Origin: Polyangiales bacterium
Lineage (GTDB): Bacteria; Myxococcota_A; Polyangia; Polyangiales; Polyangiaceae
Reading direction: 5' to 3'
NCBI GenBank assembly: GCA_038230375.1
Contig: JBBRNJ010000054.1
Coordinates: forward strand, 1-63,644
DNA: 63,644 bases
Shown: one piece after another, positions 21,247-30,904 of the stretch
How the letters are laid out: every line of letters starts with the position of its first letter
Numbering within the stretch: position 1 is the first letter of the stretch
The notes under the pieces: generated by a model
Seen by the model: the letters and a program-made list of their open reading frames with translations, nothing else
Told to the model about the DNA's origin: nothing
Database searches by the model: none
Program-made: the position numbers and the translations under genes

Positions 21247-21261
21247 GCAATCTGCGTTCCA
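21247..21261 (-). promoter_or_regulatory. sigma54 -24/-12 promoter
   Basis: Minus strand TGGAAC-GCAGA-TTGC. Confidence 0.7.
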
Positions 21262-21339
21262 TCGCGGTGCCCGTGAATCCGGCTATCTGCGCCGCTACCG
21301 ACGGCACGAACGCCTCGGGTGAGGCGCGATGGCCGAGCG

Positions 21340-24300
21340 CTACGGGCTTGGCTTCCCCAGGACGACCCTGACCTCGCGCGTCCCCGTGGCGCCAGCCGCG
21401 ACGTCGATCAGGTTCGCCGAACTTGCGCCGTCCACGCTGACAGTTCGCACGCCGGAGCTCACACCCTCCGGGTTCTCCACAACGACGTGGAGCTCCTGGG
21501 CGCCGATGCGCACCCACGCTTCGAAGCCCGTCCACGTCGGTGGGATGCACGGCTCCACGCGCAGGCCGCGCTCGCCTTCGCGACGAAGCCCCAGGATCGC
21601 CTCGACGCCCAGGCGATAGTCCCAGCCCGCCGCGCCCGTGTACCAGGTCCAGCCGCCGCGGCCGACCCACGGCGCGTGACCGTAGACGTCGCCTGCAAGC
21701 ACGTAGGGCTCGACGCGGTAGCGGGCCACGTCCTCCGCCTTCGCCATCTTCAAGATTGGATTGAGCAACCGGAAGATGCGCGTCGCACGTTCGCCGTCGC
21801 CGAGCGCGGCCCAGGCCCACCCGAGCCACGTCGCCGCGTGCGTGTACTGACCGCCGTTCTCACGCACACCCGGCGGGTACGCGCGGATGTAGCCCGGATC
21901 GTGGGGCGTGCGATCGAATGGTGGCGTGAGGAGCAGGACCAGACCGTCCTTCTCGCGGACAAGCTCGCGGTCCGCAGAGGCGACCGCTCGACGCGCCCGC
22001 TCCGGTTCGCCGGCGCCGGAGAGCACGGCCCAGGACTGCGCGATCGTGTCGATGCGACACTCGAGGTCACTCGCGGAGCCGAGCTTCGAGCCGTCGTCGT
22101 GGAACGCGCGCAGGTACCAGTCACCGTCCCACGCGCACGCCTCGATCTTCGTGCGGCGCACAGCGGCGCGCTCCCGCCAGGTTCCTGCCTCCGCCTGCTC
22201 GCCGACCAGATCGCAGAGCGAGGCGAAGCGCTCGATGGTCGCGTGGAGGAACCAGCCGAGCCACACGCTCTCGCCGCGCCCCTCTGCTCCCACCTTGCTC
22301 ATGCCGTCGTTCCAGTCGCCGTCCCCCATCAGCGGAAGGCCATGCGCGCCCTCGGTGAGGCCGCGAAGGACCGCGCGACGGCAGTGTTCCAGGAGCGATG
22401 CGCTCTTCGCCGAGGCCGGAAACTGCGCGTACCTGTCCTGTTCGTCGTGCCCGAGCGGCTTGCCCGTGAGGAACGGGAGCTCCTCCTTCAGGATCGACAC
22501 GTCGCCGGTCCGGCGCACGTACTCCTCGGTCACGTACGGCAGCCACAGGAAGTCATCCGAGCAGTGCGTACGCACGCCTCGCCCCGCGGGCGGGTGCCAC
22601 CAGTGAAGAGCATCGCCCTCCTCGAACTGATGTCGCGCGGCCTCCAGGATGTGCGCGCGCGTGTGGTCCGGCGCCGCGTGCAGAAGCGCGAGCACGTCCT
22701 GAAGTTGGTCGCGGTACCCGAATGCGCCGCTCGACTGATAGAAGCCCGTGCGCCCGAGTATGCGCCCCGACAGCGTCTGGTAGAGCAGCCACCGATTGAG
22801 CAGCACGTCCATCGCGGGCTCGGGGGTCTTCACGCGAACCGTGCCCAGAAGGTTGTCCCAATATGTGCAGAGTGCACGGAACGCCTCGGTGACGCTCGCG
22901 CCATCACGGAAGCGTGCCGCCACCCTCAGCGCCGATTCGCGGTCGCGCTCCTGGCCCAGCGTGAAGTGCGTGACGATCTCCTCGCCAGGTGCCAGCTCCA
23001 GGTGCACCTGAAGTGCGGCGCACGGGTCTGCGCCTGCCTCCACGCGCCCGGACAGGCCCCAGCGTTCGAGCGCCTGCGGCTTCTCGTAGTTGCCGCTGCG
23101 TCCCACGAACTCCGAGCGATCCGTGGTGACACCGTGAACTGCACGCTCCGCAGCCAGGAAGGCCACGCGCCCGGAGAGCTCCTCGTTCCAGCTCGTGCTC
23201 GCCAGGAGACACGCCGCCTCGCGCTCGAGCTCCGGCACGATGTGCGGTGCCTGGTCCTCTCGCATGCTGCCCAGCACCCACTCCGCGTAGTAGGTCGCCG
23301 TGATGCGTCGGTGCATCGGCCTGGTGTTCTTCAGGGTCAGACGCGCGATCTTGATCGGCGCATCGCGCGGCACGAAGACCAGCAGCTCCTGAACCAGGCC
23401 GTGGCTCTCGCGCGTGTACGTGGTGTAGCCCGCGCCGTGTCGCACCAGCGTGTCTGCGTCCTTGCCGGCGGGGAGCGGCGTTGGCGACCACACCGCGGCG
23501 GTGGCCTCGTCACGCAGGTAGAGCGCCTCGGACGGAACATCCGCCACGGGATCGTTTCGCCACGGCGTGAGCCGGTTCTCGCCAGCGTTGAGAGACCACG
23601 TAGCGCCGAGCGACGACTCGCTCACGATGCATCCGGCCTCTGCGTTTGCGAGGACGTTGCACCAGGGCGCCGGCGTTGTCTTGCCTTGCCCGACCACCAG
23701 CACGTACTCGCGCCCATCCTCCGTGAAGCCGCCGATGCCGTTGTCGAACAGGAGTTTCGGCTTCTTCACCGGGCGCGCATCGACCTGCGCGGCGACGCTT
23801 CCCTCGAACCGTGGAAGGCTCGGCTTGACGTTCAGGGGCCGCGCGAATCGAGCTTCGAGCGAGCCATCCCGTGTGTCGAGGACCACGCGCGCACTCGCCG
23901 CGAGCCGCATGCACTCCTCCGCCGAAAGCTGGTCCGTTGCGATCGTGTAGATGCCGCCGTGCAGATTCAAGAGGTCCAGGACGTCGAGCTCGCGCAGCGC
24001 CGCGCGAAGGGTGCCGTCGCCGTTCTGCAGATAGCTGGAAGGTTGCTCGTCCAGGAGCACGAGGTCCGTCCGGACGCCGCTCAGCCGTAGCCAGCGCTGC
24101 GCCGCGATGGTCTCCCGCAGCAGAGGACTGGTCGGGTCGTGCACGCGCACGAGCAGGATGGGATCGTCGCCGGAGATGCCGCGTCCCCACAGCTTCTCCT
24201 TGCACGCCTTGCCCTGAGCGAGGATCTCGGGAGCTGCGCGCAGGTTGCTGTCCGGCAACAAGAGCGAGGAGAACAACCGCTGCACGTGTGGCATCAGCGT

Positions 24301-27300
24301 CGGCGCAAGGTCAGCATGCGCCACGCGACGAAGAGCGTCGGTCTCGGCGTCGCGAAATGCCCAGCGGATCGCATGCATGGTCCCGTAGCGTCGTCCAAGG
24401 TCCAGCACCGTGCCTCGCGACCGGCCCACGGCGGTCACGAACGCCAGCGTCACCGTTGCCTTCGGCTTGAGCTCCACGCTCGCTGTGAGGCTCATCACCG
24501 GATCGATCATGGCGCCGGTCTGACCGCGAACCGAAGCTCGTCCCAGGGCCAGCGACAGCGGCGAGCTTGGGTCCTCGCACCGCCCCTGGAACGTCGTCCG
24601 ATCCGTCTCGTACCCGGCAAGCCGCACAGCCTTTCCCTCGTGCACGAGGCACTGCACCATGACAGCGCGTCCGTCCTTTGGTGACCGCGGCCTTCGCGCT
24701 GCGAGCAGCCCGTGCAGACCAGCGACCACGTCGGTCTCCACGAAGAGCTTGCCGAACGCCGGGTGCCTTCGCGACTGCCCCACCGGAAGAAGCACCGGCA
24801 GTGACGCAGTGGTCACGGTGATGCGGCGGGGCTGGTCTGTTTCGTTGCGCAGCGTCACCTGACGGATCTCCACGTCGTCTGCGCCGGCGACGACCACGTC
24901 AACGTGGACGGAGATCCCGAACTCGCGACGGTGATACTCCACCTTGTGCACCGAGTACGTCGTGCGCCCCGACGAGGTGGCGCGCCACACCTGCCCCGTG
25001 GCCTCGTCACGAAGGTAGATCCACGTTCCATCGCCGTCGCACGACGCGTCGGGACTGAAGCTCGTGAGCTCCAGGCCCTTCCACGTGAGACCGCCGCCGC
25101 CGGAATCGGTGAGCACGCTCGTGAGGCGCCCGTTGCTGAGGAGCGTCGCTTGCGGCCTGCCCGTTGCCGCGGGGGACCAGGGCTGCGGCGCATCGCCGGG
25201 TACTGGAGTCGAGCTCTGAGTGTCTTCTTCGTCGTCGTCGGTGTGCGGCCACTCGGACGGCGCGACATCGGGCGCGCGCTCGTTCAGCAGTCGCTCACCC
25301 GTCTCCACGGAGCGGTCGGTATGGAACCGGTCGTTCATCACGCCGGTGTGGAAGAAGTTGTTGAGCGCCACCAGGATCATGCCCTGGTGGTGGGCCATGT
25401 ACGAACGCACGACGGTGGGCTGGTTCCCGAGCGAACCAGAGGGCTCCGCGTCTGCACGAAAGTCCAGCGCCTCGTACAGCCCGTACGTTCCCATCATGCC
25501 GCGTGACTCCAGCTCGGCCAGGTTCTTCGCGACGGCGTGCGGAGCAATGCTCACGGCGAGCATGGAAGCGTAAGGGGCGATGACCAGCTCGTCTCCCAGG
25601 CCACGCTGGAATCCAAGGGCGGGCACACCGAACGATCGATACTGGTAGGTCTGGTTCGGGTCGACGCGCCCGTACGCGGATTCGGAGATGCCCCACGGCA
25701 CGCCCCTGTGAGCGCCGTAGTCGATCTGCGCCTTCACCGCGAGCTCGCAGCTCTGCGCCAGGAGCGTGCCCTCGTGGCTCCGCATCAGGAGCGGCGGCAT
25801 GAGGTATTCGAACATGGTGCCGCCCCATGACAGGAGAGCGGGCGCACCGGTGACGCGCGTCATGGGCCTGCCGAGCGCGCCCCAGTGGGCCTCGGGGACC
25901 TGCCCGTGAACGATCGCAAGGTAGCTTGCAAGGCGGGCCTCCGACGCGAGCAGGTCGTAGTGGTGCGCGTCTAGCTGATCGAGCGTGACGTTGTAGCCGA
26001 TGCGAAACAGGCGCCGCTCGCGATCGAACAGAAGGCGGAAATCTGCGCCGCGAGCGTCGGCGCGCGCGCTGCTGGCAAGCGCGGCAAGCTCGTCTCCAAG
26101 TCGCTGGGCGTTTTCGCCCGCGGCCTCGAATGCAGCGCGGGCGCGCGCCGTCGTCCCCGAGTGCTCGGCCGAGAGCTCACCGCGTGCGCGCTGGGCGCCC
26201 GCCCACTGGTCGAGCACCGCCGTGAGCTTGCGTGCGAGCTCCGGGATCTCGCAGAGCGGAACGGAGGTCGATGGCTCACCGAGCGCCGCGACCAGCCCTG
26301 AAGGCAGGTCGGGTTGTGTGAACCACGGAAGGAAAAGCTCCAGCTCCCGCCGTAGCTCGTCCAGCTGGTGACGTATCCGGTCCACCCAGGTACGCAGCGC
26401 GAGCAGCGCTCCTGATTCATGCTTCAGTGCGCCCGCGCCGAGGAGCGCGAACAGCGCGCGATCGACCTCGGGCGATATCGTATCCGTGATCATCCGGAGC
26501 GCCGTGTACGCCGACCCTGGGTCGCTCTCCGCCGCATCGAATGCGTCGAGCATGCGCGCTGCGATCGCCCGGAGCGGCGCCGTCTCCTCTTCGGGCACCC
26601 CGCGCAGCACCTCCACGAGCAGCGCGACCGAGTCCGCAAGCCCCTTCCACGATTCGCCGCGAAGCACGGGCGCTCGCGCGACGTCCTCGCAGCCACGCGC
26701 GAGCGCGAGCAAGCAGCCGATGTAGTTGCCGCTGTCGACCGTGGACACGTAGCGCGGGAGCAGCGGCTCCGAGCTCTGGGTCTCGTACCAGTTGAGCAGA
26801 TGGCCCTGGTACCGCGTGAGGCGCGCAATGCTCGCGAACGAGCTCCGCAATCGCTGAGAGAGCTCGCTCGCGCCAATGTATCCCAGGTCGTAGGCCGACA
26901 TGACCGAGAGCAACATCATTCCGATGTTGGTCGGCGACGTACGGCGCGCCGTCTGCTCGTGCGGCTCTTCCTGGTGGTTGTCCACGGGCAGCCACTGGTT
27001 GTTGGGCTCCACGAACGTCTCGAAGAACAACCAGGTTCGTCGCGCCAGCATCCGCAGCGCGCGTCGCTCGCTCGGCTGCAAAGGGGGCATCCGCGAGCCC
27101 ACCGGCTCACTGAGGCGCCGCGCGATCTCCGGTGCGGCGAGCCAGAGCAGCAGGAACGGCGCCGCAGCACCGAGCGCGGCTGGTCGCACCACGGCAAGCA
27201 AGGCCGCCGTGGCCACCGTCATCGCGACCGATGCCCACATTTCACGGAAGAAGAACGCGTGCGTCGCGCGTCCACGAAGCCCGTTCGCGGTGTGCGCGGC

Positions 27301-29748
27301 AGAGGTCCATTGCAGCAGATATCTGCGTGTGAAGAGGAGACGGGCAAGCACGCGGACGATGGCATCCGTCGCGATCGCTGCTTCCTCCGCCAGGAACACG
27401 AGCGCGAGCGCGTAGCGTGCAAGGTTCTCGCGTCGGCTTCGGGGATCCTGGACAAGCCCCGGCAGGACGGGCGCGAGCAGGATGAGCATGGCGACGCACG
27501 TGACCACCCAGGGGCTGTCGGGGACCCGCGACCATCCAACGAGCAAGAAGACGAGCATGAGCGGCGCACCAAGGCTTCGGCGCAGGTTGTCGACGATCTT
27601 CCAGCGATCGATCATCGCGAGCGGGTTTCGCTCTCGTTCCCCGCGCTCGGATGGAACCGTCCCGCGCAGCCACGGCAAGAGCTGCCAGTCGCCTCGCAGC
27701 CAGCGATGCATGCGCCTCGCGAAGCCAAGGTAGTGCGACGGGTACTGCTCGAAGAGGACGACGTCGCTGACGAGCGTGGTCCGCGCGTGCGTTCCCTCCA
27801 GTAGATCGTGGCTCGCGACGGCGTTCTCCGGGACCCGTCCTTCCAGGCTTCCTGTGAAGGCGTCCACGTCGTAGATGCCCTTGCCCACGTAGATGCCAGT
27901 GCCGAAGAGATCCTGGTACAGGTTCGACGCCGCATGCGTGTAGATGTCGAACCCGACGTCGCCGGCGAAGATGCGTGCGAACCAGGTATCGCGTGCGCTC
28001 TGCGTGGAGATCTCCACGCGCGGCTGCGCGATCGCGAACCCAGCGGTGATCCGTCGCGTGTCCGCGTCGAGCACGGCGCGATTCAGCGGATGCTCCATCA
28101 CACCAACAAGGCGCCGCGCGGTCCCGATCGGCAGCTCCGTGTCCGCGTCCACGGTGAGCACGTAGCGGATGCCAACGAGCCCGGCCGGCTGGCCCAGGTG
28201 TCGCGAGTAGCTCGTGGTCTTGTCCCCGCGCAGTACGCGATTGAGCTCCGCAAGCTTCCCGCGCTTGCGCTCCCACCCCATGAAGCACGACTCCGCGTCG
28301 TTCCACTTTGGCGTGCGGTAGAGCAGGTGGAACGGCTCGTTACCGCCTGTGCCGTGCTCGTGGTTCAGACGCTCCACACCCGCGATCGCCCTGTCGAGCA
28401 GCTCCGAGCTCTCGGGCATGGCGTCAGAGTCCACCTCGTCGCAGAGGAGCGCGAAGCCAAGGTGCGGATCGGGATTCGCCAGGAAATGAAGCTCGATCCG
28501 GTGGAGCATCGCGGTGACGTCCGACTCACTTCCGAGCAGCGTCGGCATCACGACCAGCGTCCGCGCGTCCTCCGGAATTCCTTTTCCGAAGTCGAGCTTG
28601 GGCGGCGACCGCGGCGACAGCAGGCTCGTGAGCGCCCATTGAACGAACGACACCGCCAGGATGGAGGCCGGCACCAGCGAGACGACCACGGCCACCGCCG
28701 TCGTGAGCACGCCACTCCCAGCCATTGCAACGTAGGCGCCGACGCCCAGCACCGGCACGAGCGTCGCAAGGCCCAGCGCAAGGAAGTACGTCAATGCAGG
28801 TCGCGACCTGGCGGCGCGTCGTAGGCGCTCACGACCGGCGGCGCGGTACCCGACCTCGCGCTCGAGCGTCGCTCGCCCTTCGTCCATCAGGTAGTAGCCC
28901 ACGTGTCCGCGACGCTGATCGGGAGCGCCGGCTCTTGCCATCGTGATCGCGCGCGAGGCCACGTCCACTTCACCCGCGTGTGCACCCCAGGCGAGCTCCT
29001 CGACCGCCTTGCGGTACGCGTCACACGTGGCGAAGTCCATGCGGACGTACACGCTCGACGGATCATCCCTGAGGGTCTTCTCGACAAGGCTCTCCTTCTC
29101 GAAGAACACCTTCCAGTCCATGTCTGCCAGGAGGCGGAGGGCGCGAATGCAGCGCTCCACGCCCACCGACGGATCGCCCAGCGGGCTCGCCGCCGCCAAC
29201 GCCTGGGTCGTGACGACATCCTTCAGTATGCGAACCAGACGACCGAGCACCGCGTGGCGCAGGAGCGTCGGCAGTGCCCACAGCTCCGCGATGGTGAGCG
29301 GCGCGACGGCCTGATAGTCGGTGATGAACCTGGTGAGCACCTCAGCGTCGAAGCCGGCCGCCGTCGCCTCGACGAGCGCACGTGCGACCTCGCGCACGCG
29401 CGTCTTCCCCTTCCGCTTGCCCGACGCGAGCTCCGGGAGGCGTAGTAAGAAGCCCCTCGGGAGCTCCTCCTCCACCTGCCGCGCTGCGCGTCGCACGACG
29501 TAGTAGTTGTCCAGGAACCACTCCGTGGCCTTGCCGACGACGGGGTCCTTCGCCTGCTTCGCAATGAGCCGTCGGTGTGTGCTCTCGAGCGCCCGCGCAA
29601 GGGCCTGGGGCGCAAGTTGGTTCTTGAGCCGTGGCCGTGCTCGCTCGAGATCCCGGTGCGTGCTCGCGAGCGCGGCGGGGTCTGATTCGAACGTCGGCTC
29701 GGCGACCACACCCGTCGTCATCGCCGGGAGCTCCTGTGCCTGGGTCAA
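21340..29748 (-). CDS. cgs: Cyclic beta-1,2-glucan synthase (Cgs/NdvB/ChvB-like; GT84 + TM + cyclising glycoamylase-like domain + GH94)
   Basis: 2802 aa. Contains GWERKRGKL, DAD, SHDLLEG, RRMHRWLRGDWQ, LASEARL, SWGGTMFEYLMP, PWGISES, YQSSGAFGYRDQLQD, GDWNDGM, RENGGQYTHAA and WYTGAAGW. Confidence 0.92.
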   Translation of the reverse strand: MTQAQELPAMTTGVVAEPTFESDPAALASTHRDLERARPRLKNQLAPQALARALESTHRRLIAKQAKDPVVGKATEWFLDNYYVVRRAARQVEEELPRGFLLRLPELASGKRKGKTRVREVARALVEATAAGFDAEVLTRFITDYQAVAPLTIAELWALPTLLRHAVLGRLVRILKDVVTTQALAAASPLGDPSVGVERCIRALRLLADMDWKVFFEKESLVEKTLRDDPSSVYVRMDFATCDAYRKAVEELAWGAHAGEVDVASRAITMARAGAPDQRRGHVGYYLMDEGRATLEREVGYRAAGRERLRRAARSRPALTYFLALGLATLVPVLGVGAYVAMAGSGVLTTAVAVVVSLVPASILAVSFVQWALTSLLSPRSPPKLDFGKGIPEDARTLVVMPTLLGSESDVTAMLHRIELHFLANPDPHLGFALLCDEVDSDAMPESSELLDRAIAGVERLNHEHGTGGNEPFHLLYRTPKWNDAESCFMGWERKRGKLAELNRVLRGDKTTSYSRHLGQPAGLVGIRYVLTVDADTELPIGTARRLVGVMEHPLNRAVLDADTRRITAGFAIAQPRVEISTQSARDTWFARIFAGDVGFDIYTHAASNLYQDLFGTGIYVGKGIYDVDAFTGSLEGRVPENAVASHDLLEGTHARTTLVSDVVLFEQYPSHYLGFARRMHRWLRGDWQLLPWLRGTVPSERGERERNPLAMIDRWKIVDNLRRSLGAPLMLVFLLVGWSRVPDSPWVVTCVAMLILLAPVLPGLVQDPRSRRENLARYALALVFLAEEAAIATDAIVRVLARLLFTRRYLLQWTSAAHTANGLRGRATHAFFFREMWASVAMTVATAALLAVVRPAALGAAAPFLLLWLAAPEIARRLSEPVGSRMPPLQPSERRALRMLARRTWLFFETFVEPNNQWLPVDNHQEEPHEQTARRTSPTNIGMMLLSVMSAYDLGYIGASELSQRLRSSFASIARLTRYQGHLLNWYETQSSEPLLPRYVSTVDSGNYIGCLLALARGCEDVARAPVLRGESWKGLADSVALLVEVLRGVPEEETAPLRAIAARMLDAFDAAESDPGSAYTALRMITDTISPEVDRALFALLGAGALKHESGALLALRTWVDRIRHQLDELRRELELFLPWFTQPDLPSGLVAALGEPSTSVPLCEIPELARKLTAVLDQWAGAQRARGELSAEHSGTTARARAAFEAAGENAQRLGDELAALASSARADARGADFRLLFDRERRLFRIGYNVTLDQLDAHHYDLLASEARLASYLAIVHGQVPEAHWGALGRPMTRVTGAPALLSWGGTMFEYLMPPLLMRSHEGTLLAQSCELAVKAQIDYGAHRGVPWGISESAYGRVDPNQTYQYRSFGVPALGFQRGLGDELVIAPYASMLAVSIAPHAVAKNLAELESRGMMGTYGLYEALDFRADAEPSGSLGNQPTVVRSYMAHHQGMILVALNNFFHTGVMNDRFHTDRSVETGERLLNERAPDVAPSEWPHTDDDEEDTQSSTPVPGDAPQPWSPAATGRPQATLLSNGRLTSVLTDSGGGGLTWKGLELTSFSPDASCDGDGTWIYLRDEATGQVWRATSSGRTTYSVHKVEYHRREFGISVHVDVVVAGADDVEIRQVTLRNETDQPRRITVTTASLPVLLPVGQSRRHPAFGKLFVETDVVAGLHGLLAARRPRSPKDGRAVMVQCLVHEGKAVRLAGYETDRTTFQGRCEDPSSPLSLALGRASVRGQTGAMIDPVMSLTASVELKPKATVTLAFVTAVGRSRGTVLDLGRRYGTMHAIRWAFRDAETDALRRVAHADLAPTLMPHVQRLFSSLLLPDSNLRAAPEILAQGKACKEKLWGRGISGDDPILLVRVHDPTSPLLRETIAAQRWLRLSGVRTDLVLLDEQPSSYLQNGDGTLRAALRELDVLDLLNLHGGIYTIATDQLSAEECMRLAASARVVLDTRDGSLEARFARPLNVKPSLPRFEGSVAAQVDARPVKKPKLLFDNGIGGFTEDGREYVLVVGQGKTTPAPWCNVLANAEAGCIVSESSLGATWSLNAGENRLTPWRNDPVADVPSEALYLRDEATAAVWSPTPLPAGKDADTLVRHGAGYTTYTRESHGLVQELLVFVPRDAPIKIARLTLKNTRPMHRRITATYYAEWVLGSMREDQAPHIVPELEREAACLLASTSWNEELSGRVAFLAAERAVHGVTTDRSEFVGRSGNYEKPQALERWGLSGRVEAGADPCAALQVHLELAPGEEIVTHFTLGQERDRESALRVAARFRDGASVTEAFRALCTYWDNLLGTVRVKTPEPAMDVLLNRWLLYQTLSGRILGRTGFYQSSGAFGYRDQLQDVLALLHAAPDHTRAHILEAARHQFEEGDALHWWHPPAGRGVRTHCSDDFLWLPYVTEEYVRRTGDVSILKEELPFLTGKPLGHDEQDRYAQFPASAKSASLLEHCRRAVLRGLTEGAHGLPLMGDGDWNDGMSKVGAEGRGESVWLGWFLHATIERFASLCDLVGEQAEAGTWRERAAVRRTKIEACAWDGDWYLRAFHDDGSKLGSASDLECRIDTIAQSWAVLSGAGEPERARRAVASADRELVREKDGLVLLLTPPFDRTPHDPGYIRAYPPGVRENGGQYTHAATWLGWAWAALGDGERATRIFRLLNPILKMAKAEDVARYRVEPYVLAGDVYGHAPWVGRGGWTWYTGAAGWDYRLGVEAILGLRREGERGLRVEPCIPPTWTGFEAWVRIGAQELHVVVENPEGVSSGVRTVSVDGASSANLIDVAAGATGTREVRVVLGKPSP

Positions 29749-30794
29749 CTGTCAGCCGGCGCGAAGCTGGCGCGCATTGGCGGCGCCTGCGAGTCTGTCT
29801 TCGGCTCGGCCTCGACCACGGGGAGATCCTGGAGGACGAGAAGAGGGACGGTGCACTGCGCGAGCAAGTGCATCGCCATGCCCCCGAAGGCGCGGCCAGG
29901 GTTGCACGTGCTTCCATGAGCAGACAAGACGACCAGGTCGACCTGTTGCTCCTGCGCGAGGAGGAGCAGGGTCTCGCTTCGGTCCACGTTGCGAAGCACG
30001 AGCGACGTCACCTTCTTCACGTCATGCGTCATCTGCTCGACGAGACGCGCGAGGTAGCGGTTCGCGCCTGCCTCGAGCCGCGTCGCGAGAGCACGGGCCA
30101 GCTCGAAATCAGCGTCCGTCTGCATCGCCGTGGACACGGGCTCCGCGACCACGTGCACCAGAAGGAGCTCCGCTCCGTGCTCCTTCGCGATGCGCGCGGC
30201 CGTGGGCAGCACGCTCTCCGTGCGCACCGAGCCGTCGAGCGGCACCAGGATCTTGCGCGGCACCACCGACGTTGTCGCCGCCCCGCTCGAGCGCGTGAGA
30301 AGCACGGACGCGCGGGTCACACCAAGGACCTGCTGCGCCGTGCTCCCCAGCTGCCATCCGGTCATGCCGCCGGCGCCGTGCCGTCCGAGCACCGTCAGAT
30401 CCGCGCTCATCGTGCGCGCGAACGCCCCGATCCTCTCGGCGGGATGTCCTTGCTCGATGCGCGTCTCGACCGGGCGTCCCGTCGAGCGTTCGGTCTCCTC
30501 GCCGAGCTTGCCCATGTAGCTCTCGACCTCCCTGCGAGCGATCTCCCAGACGAGCGGGTCCGTGGTCTTCTGACCGCCGTGCTCCGCCATGGGCTGCATC
30601 ACGTGGAGAAGCGTGATGTCGCTCCCGAACGTCTTCGCGAGCAGCGTCGCGTACGGCAGGCACACCTCCGAGAGCGGCGAGCGGTCCAGGCAAACGAGGA
30701 TGCGCCGGATGCCCTTCGCTTCCCGCGGAACGAATGCCGATTGCAGAACGCGAGCGGGCGCGACAGGGACGTGTTCGCTGGTCGTGGTGTCCAT
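29745..30794 (-). CDS. Tandem universal stress protein (two USP domains)
   Basis: RRILVCLDRS...LGRHG...GSTAQQV and KILVPLDGS...VLSAHG...VPLLVL. Confidence 0.92.
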   Translation of the reverse strand: MDTTTSEHVPVAPARVLQSAFVPREAKGIRRILVCLDRSPLSEVCLPYATLLAKTFGSDITLLHVMQPMAEHGGQKTTDPLVWEIARREVESYMGKLGEETERSTGRPVETRIEQGHPAERIGAFARTMSADLTVLGRHGAGGMTGWQLGSTAQQVLGVTRASVLLTRSSGAATTSVVPRKILVPLDGSVRTESVLPTAARIAKEHGAELLLVHVVAEPVSTAMQTDADFELARALATRLEAGANRYLARLVEQMTHDVKKVTSLVLRNVDRSETLLLLAQEQQVDLVVLSAHGSTCNPGRAFGGMAMHLLAQCTVPLLVLQDLPVVEAEPKTDSQAPPMRASFAPADS

Positions 30795-30808
30795 ATTGAC
30801 CCCGCCAT

Positions 30809-30823
30809 TCAAGAAGCCTGCCA
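30809..30823 (-). promoter_or_regulatory. sigma54-like -24/-12 promoter (usp-cgs operon)
   Basis: Minus strand TGGCAG-GCTTC-TTGA (A instead of C at -12). Confidence 0.55.
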
Positions 30824-30904
30824 ACCGAGCGATGTCGAAAAAGGCGAGGGCTAGCGCCGGGTCGACCGAGGCGAAATGGTGATCGCGCGCCGGATCGCCT
30901 CAGT

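Noticed and set aside
21319..28824. Long plus-strand ORFs antisense to cgs (e.g. 923, 461 and 338 aa)
   Set aside because: Typical stop-poor antisense frames of GC-rich genes; Arg/Ala-rich with no motifs.
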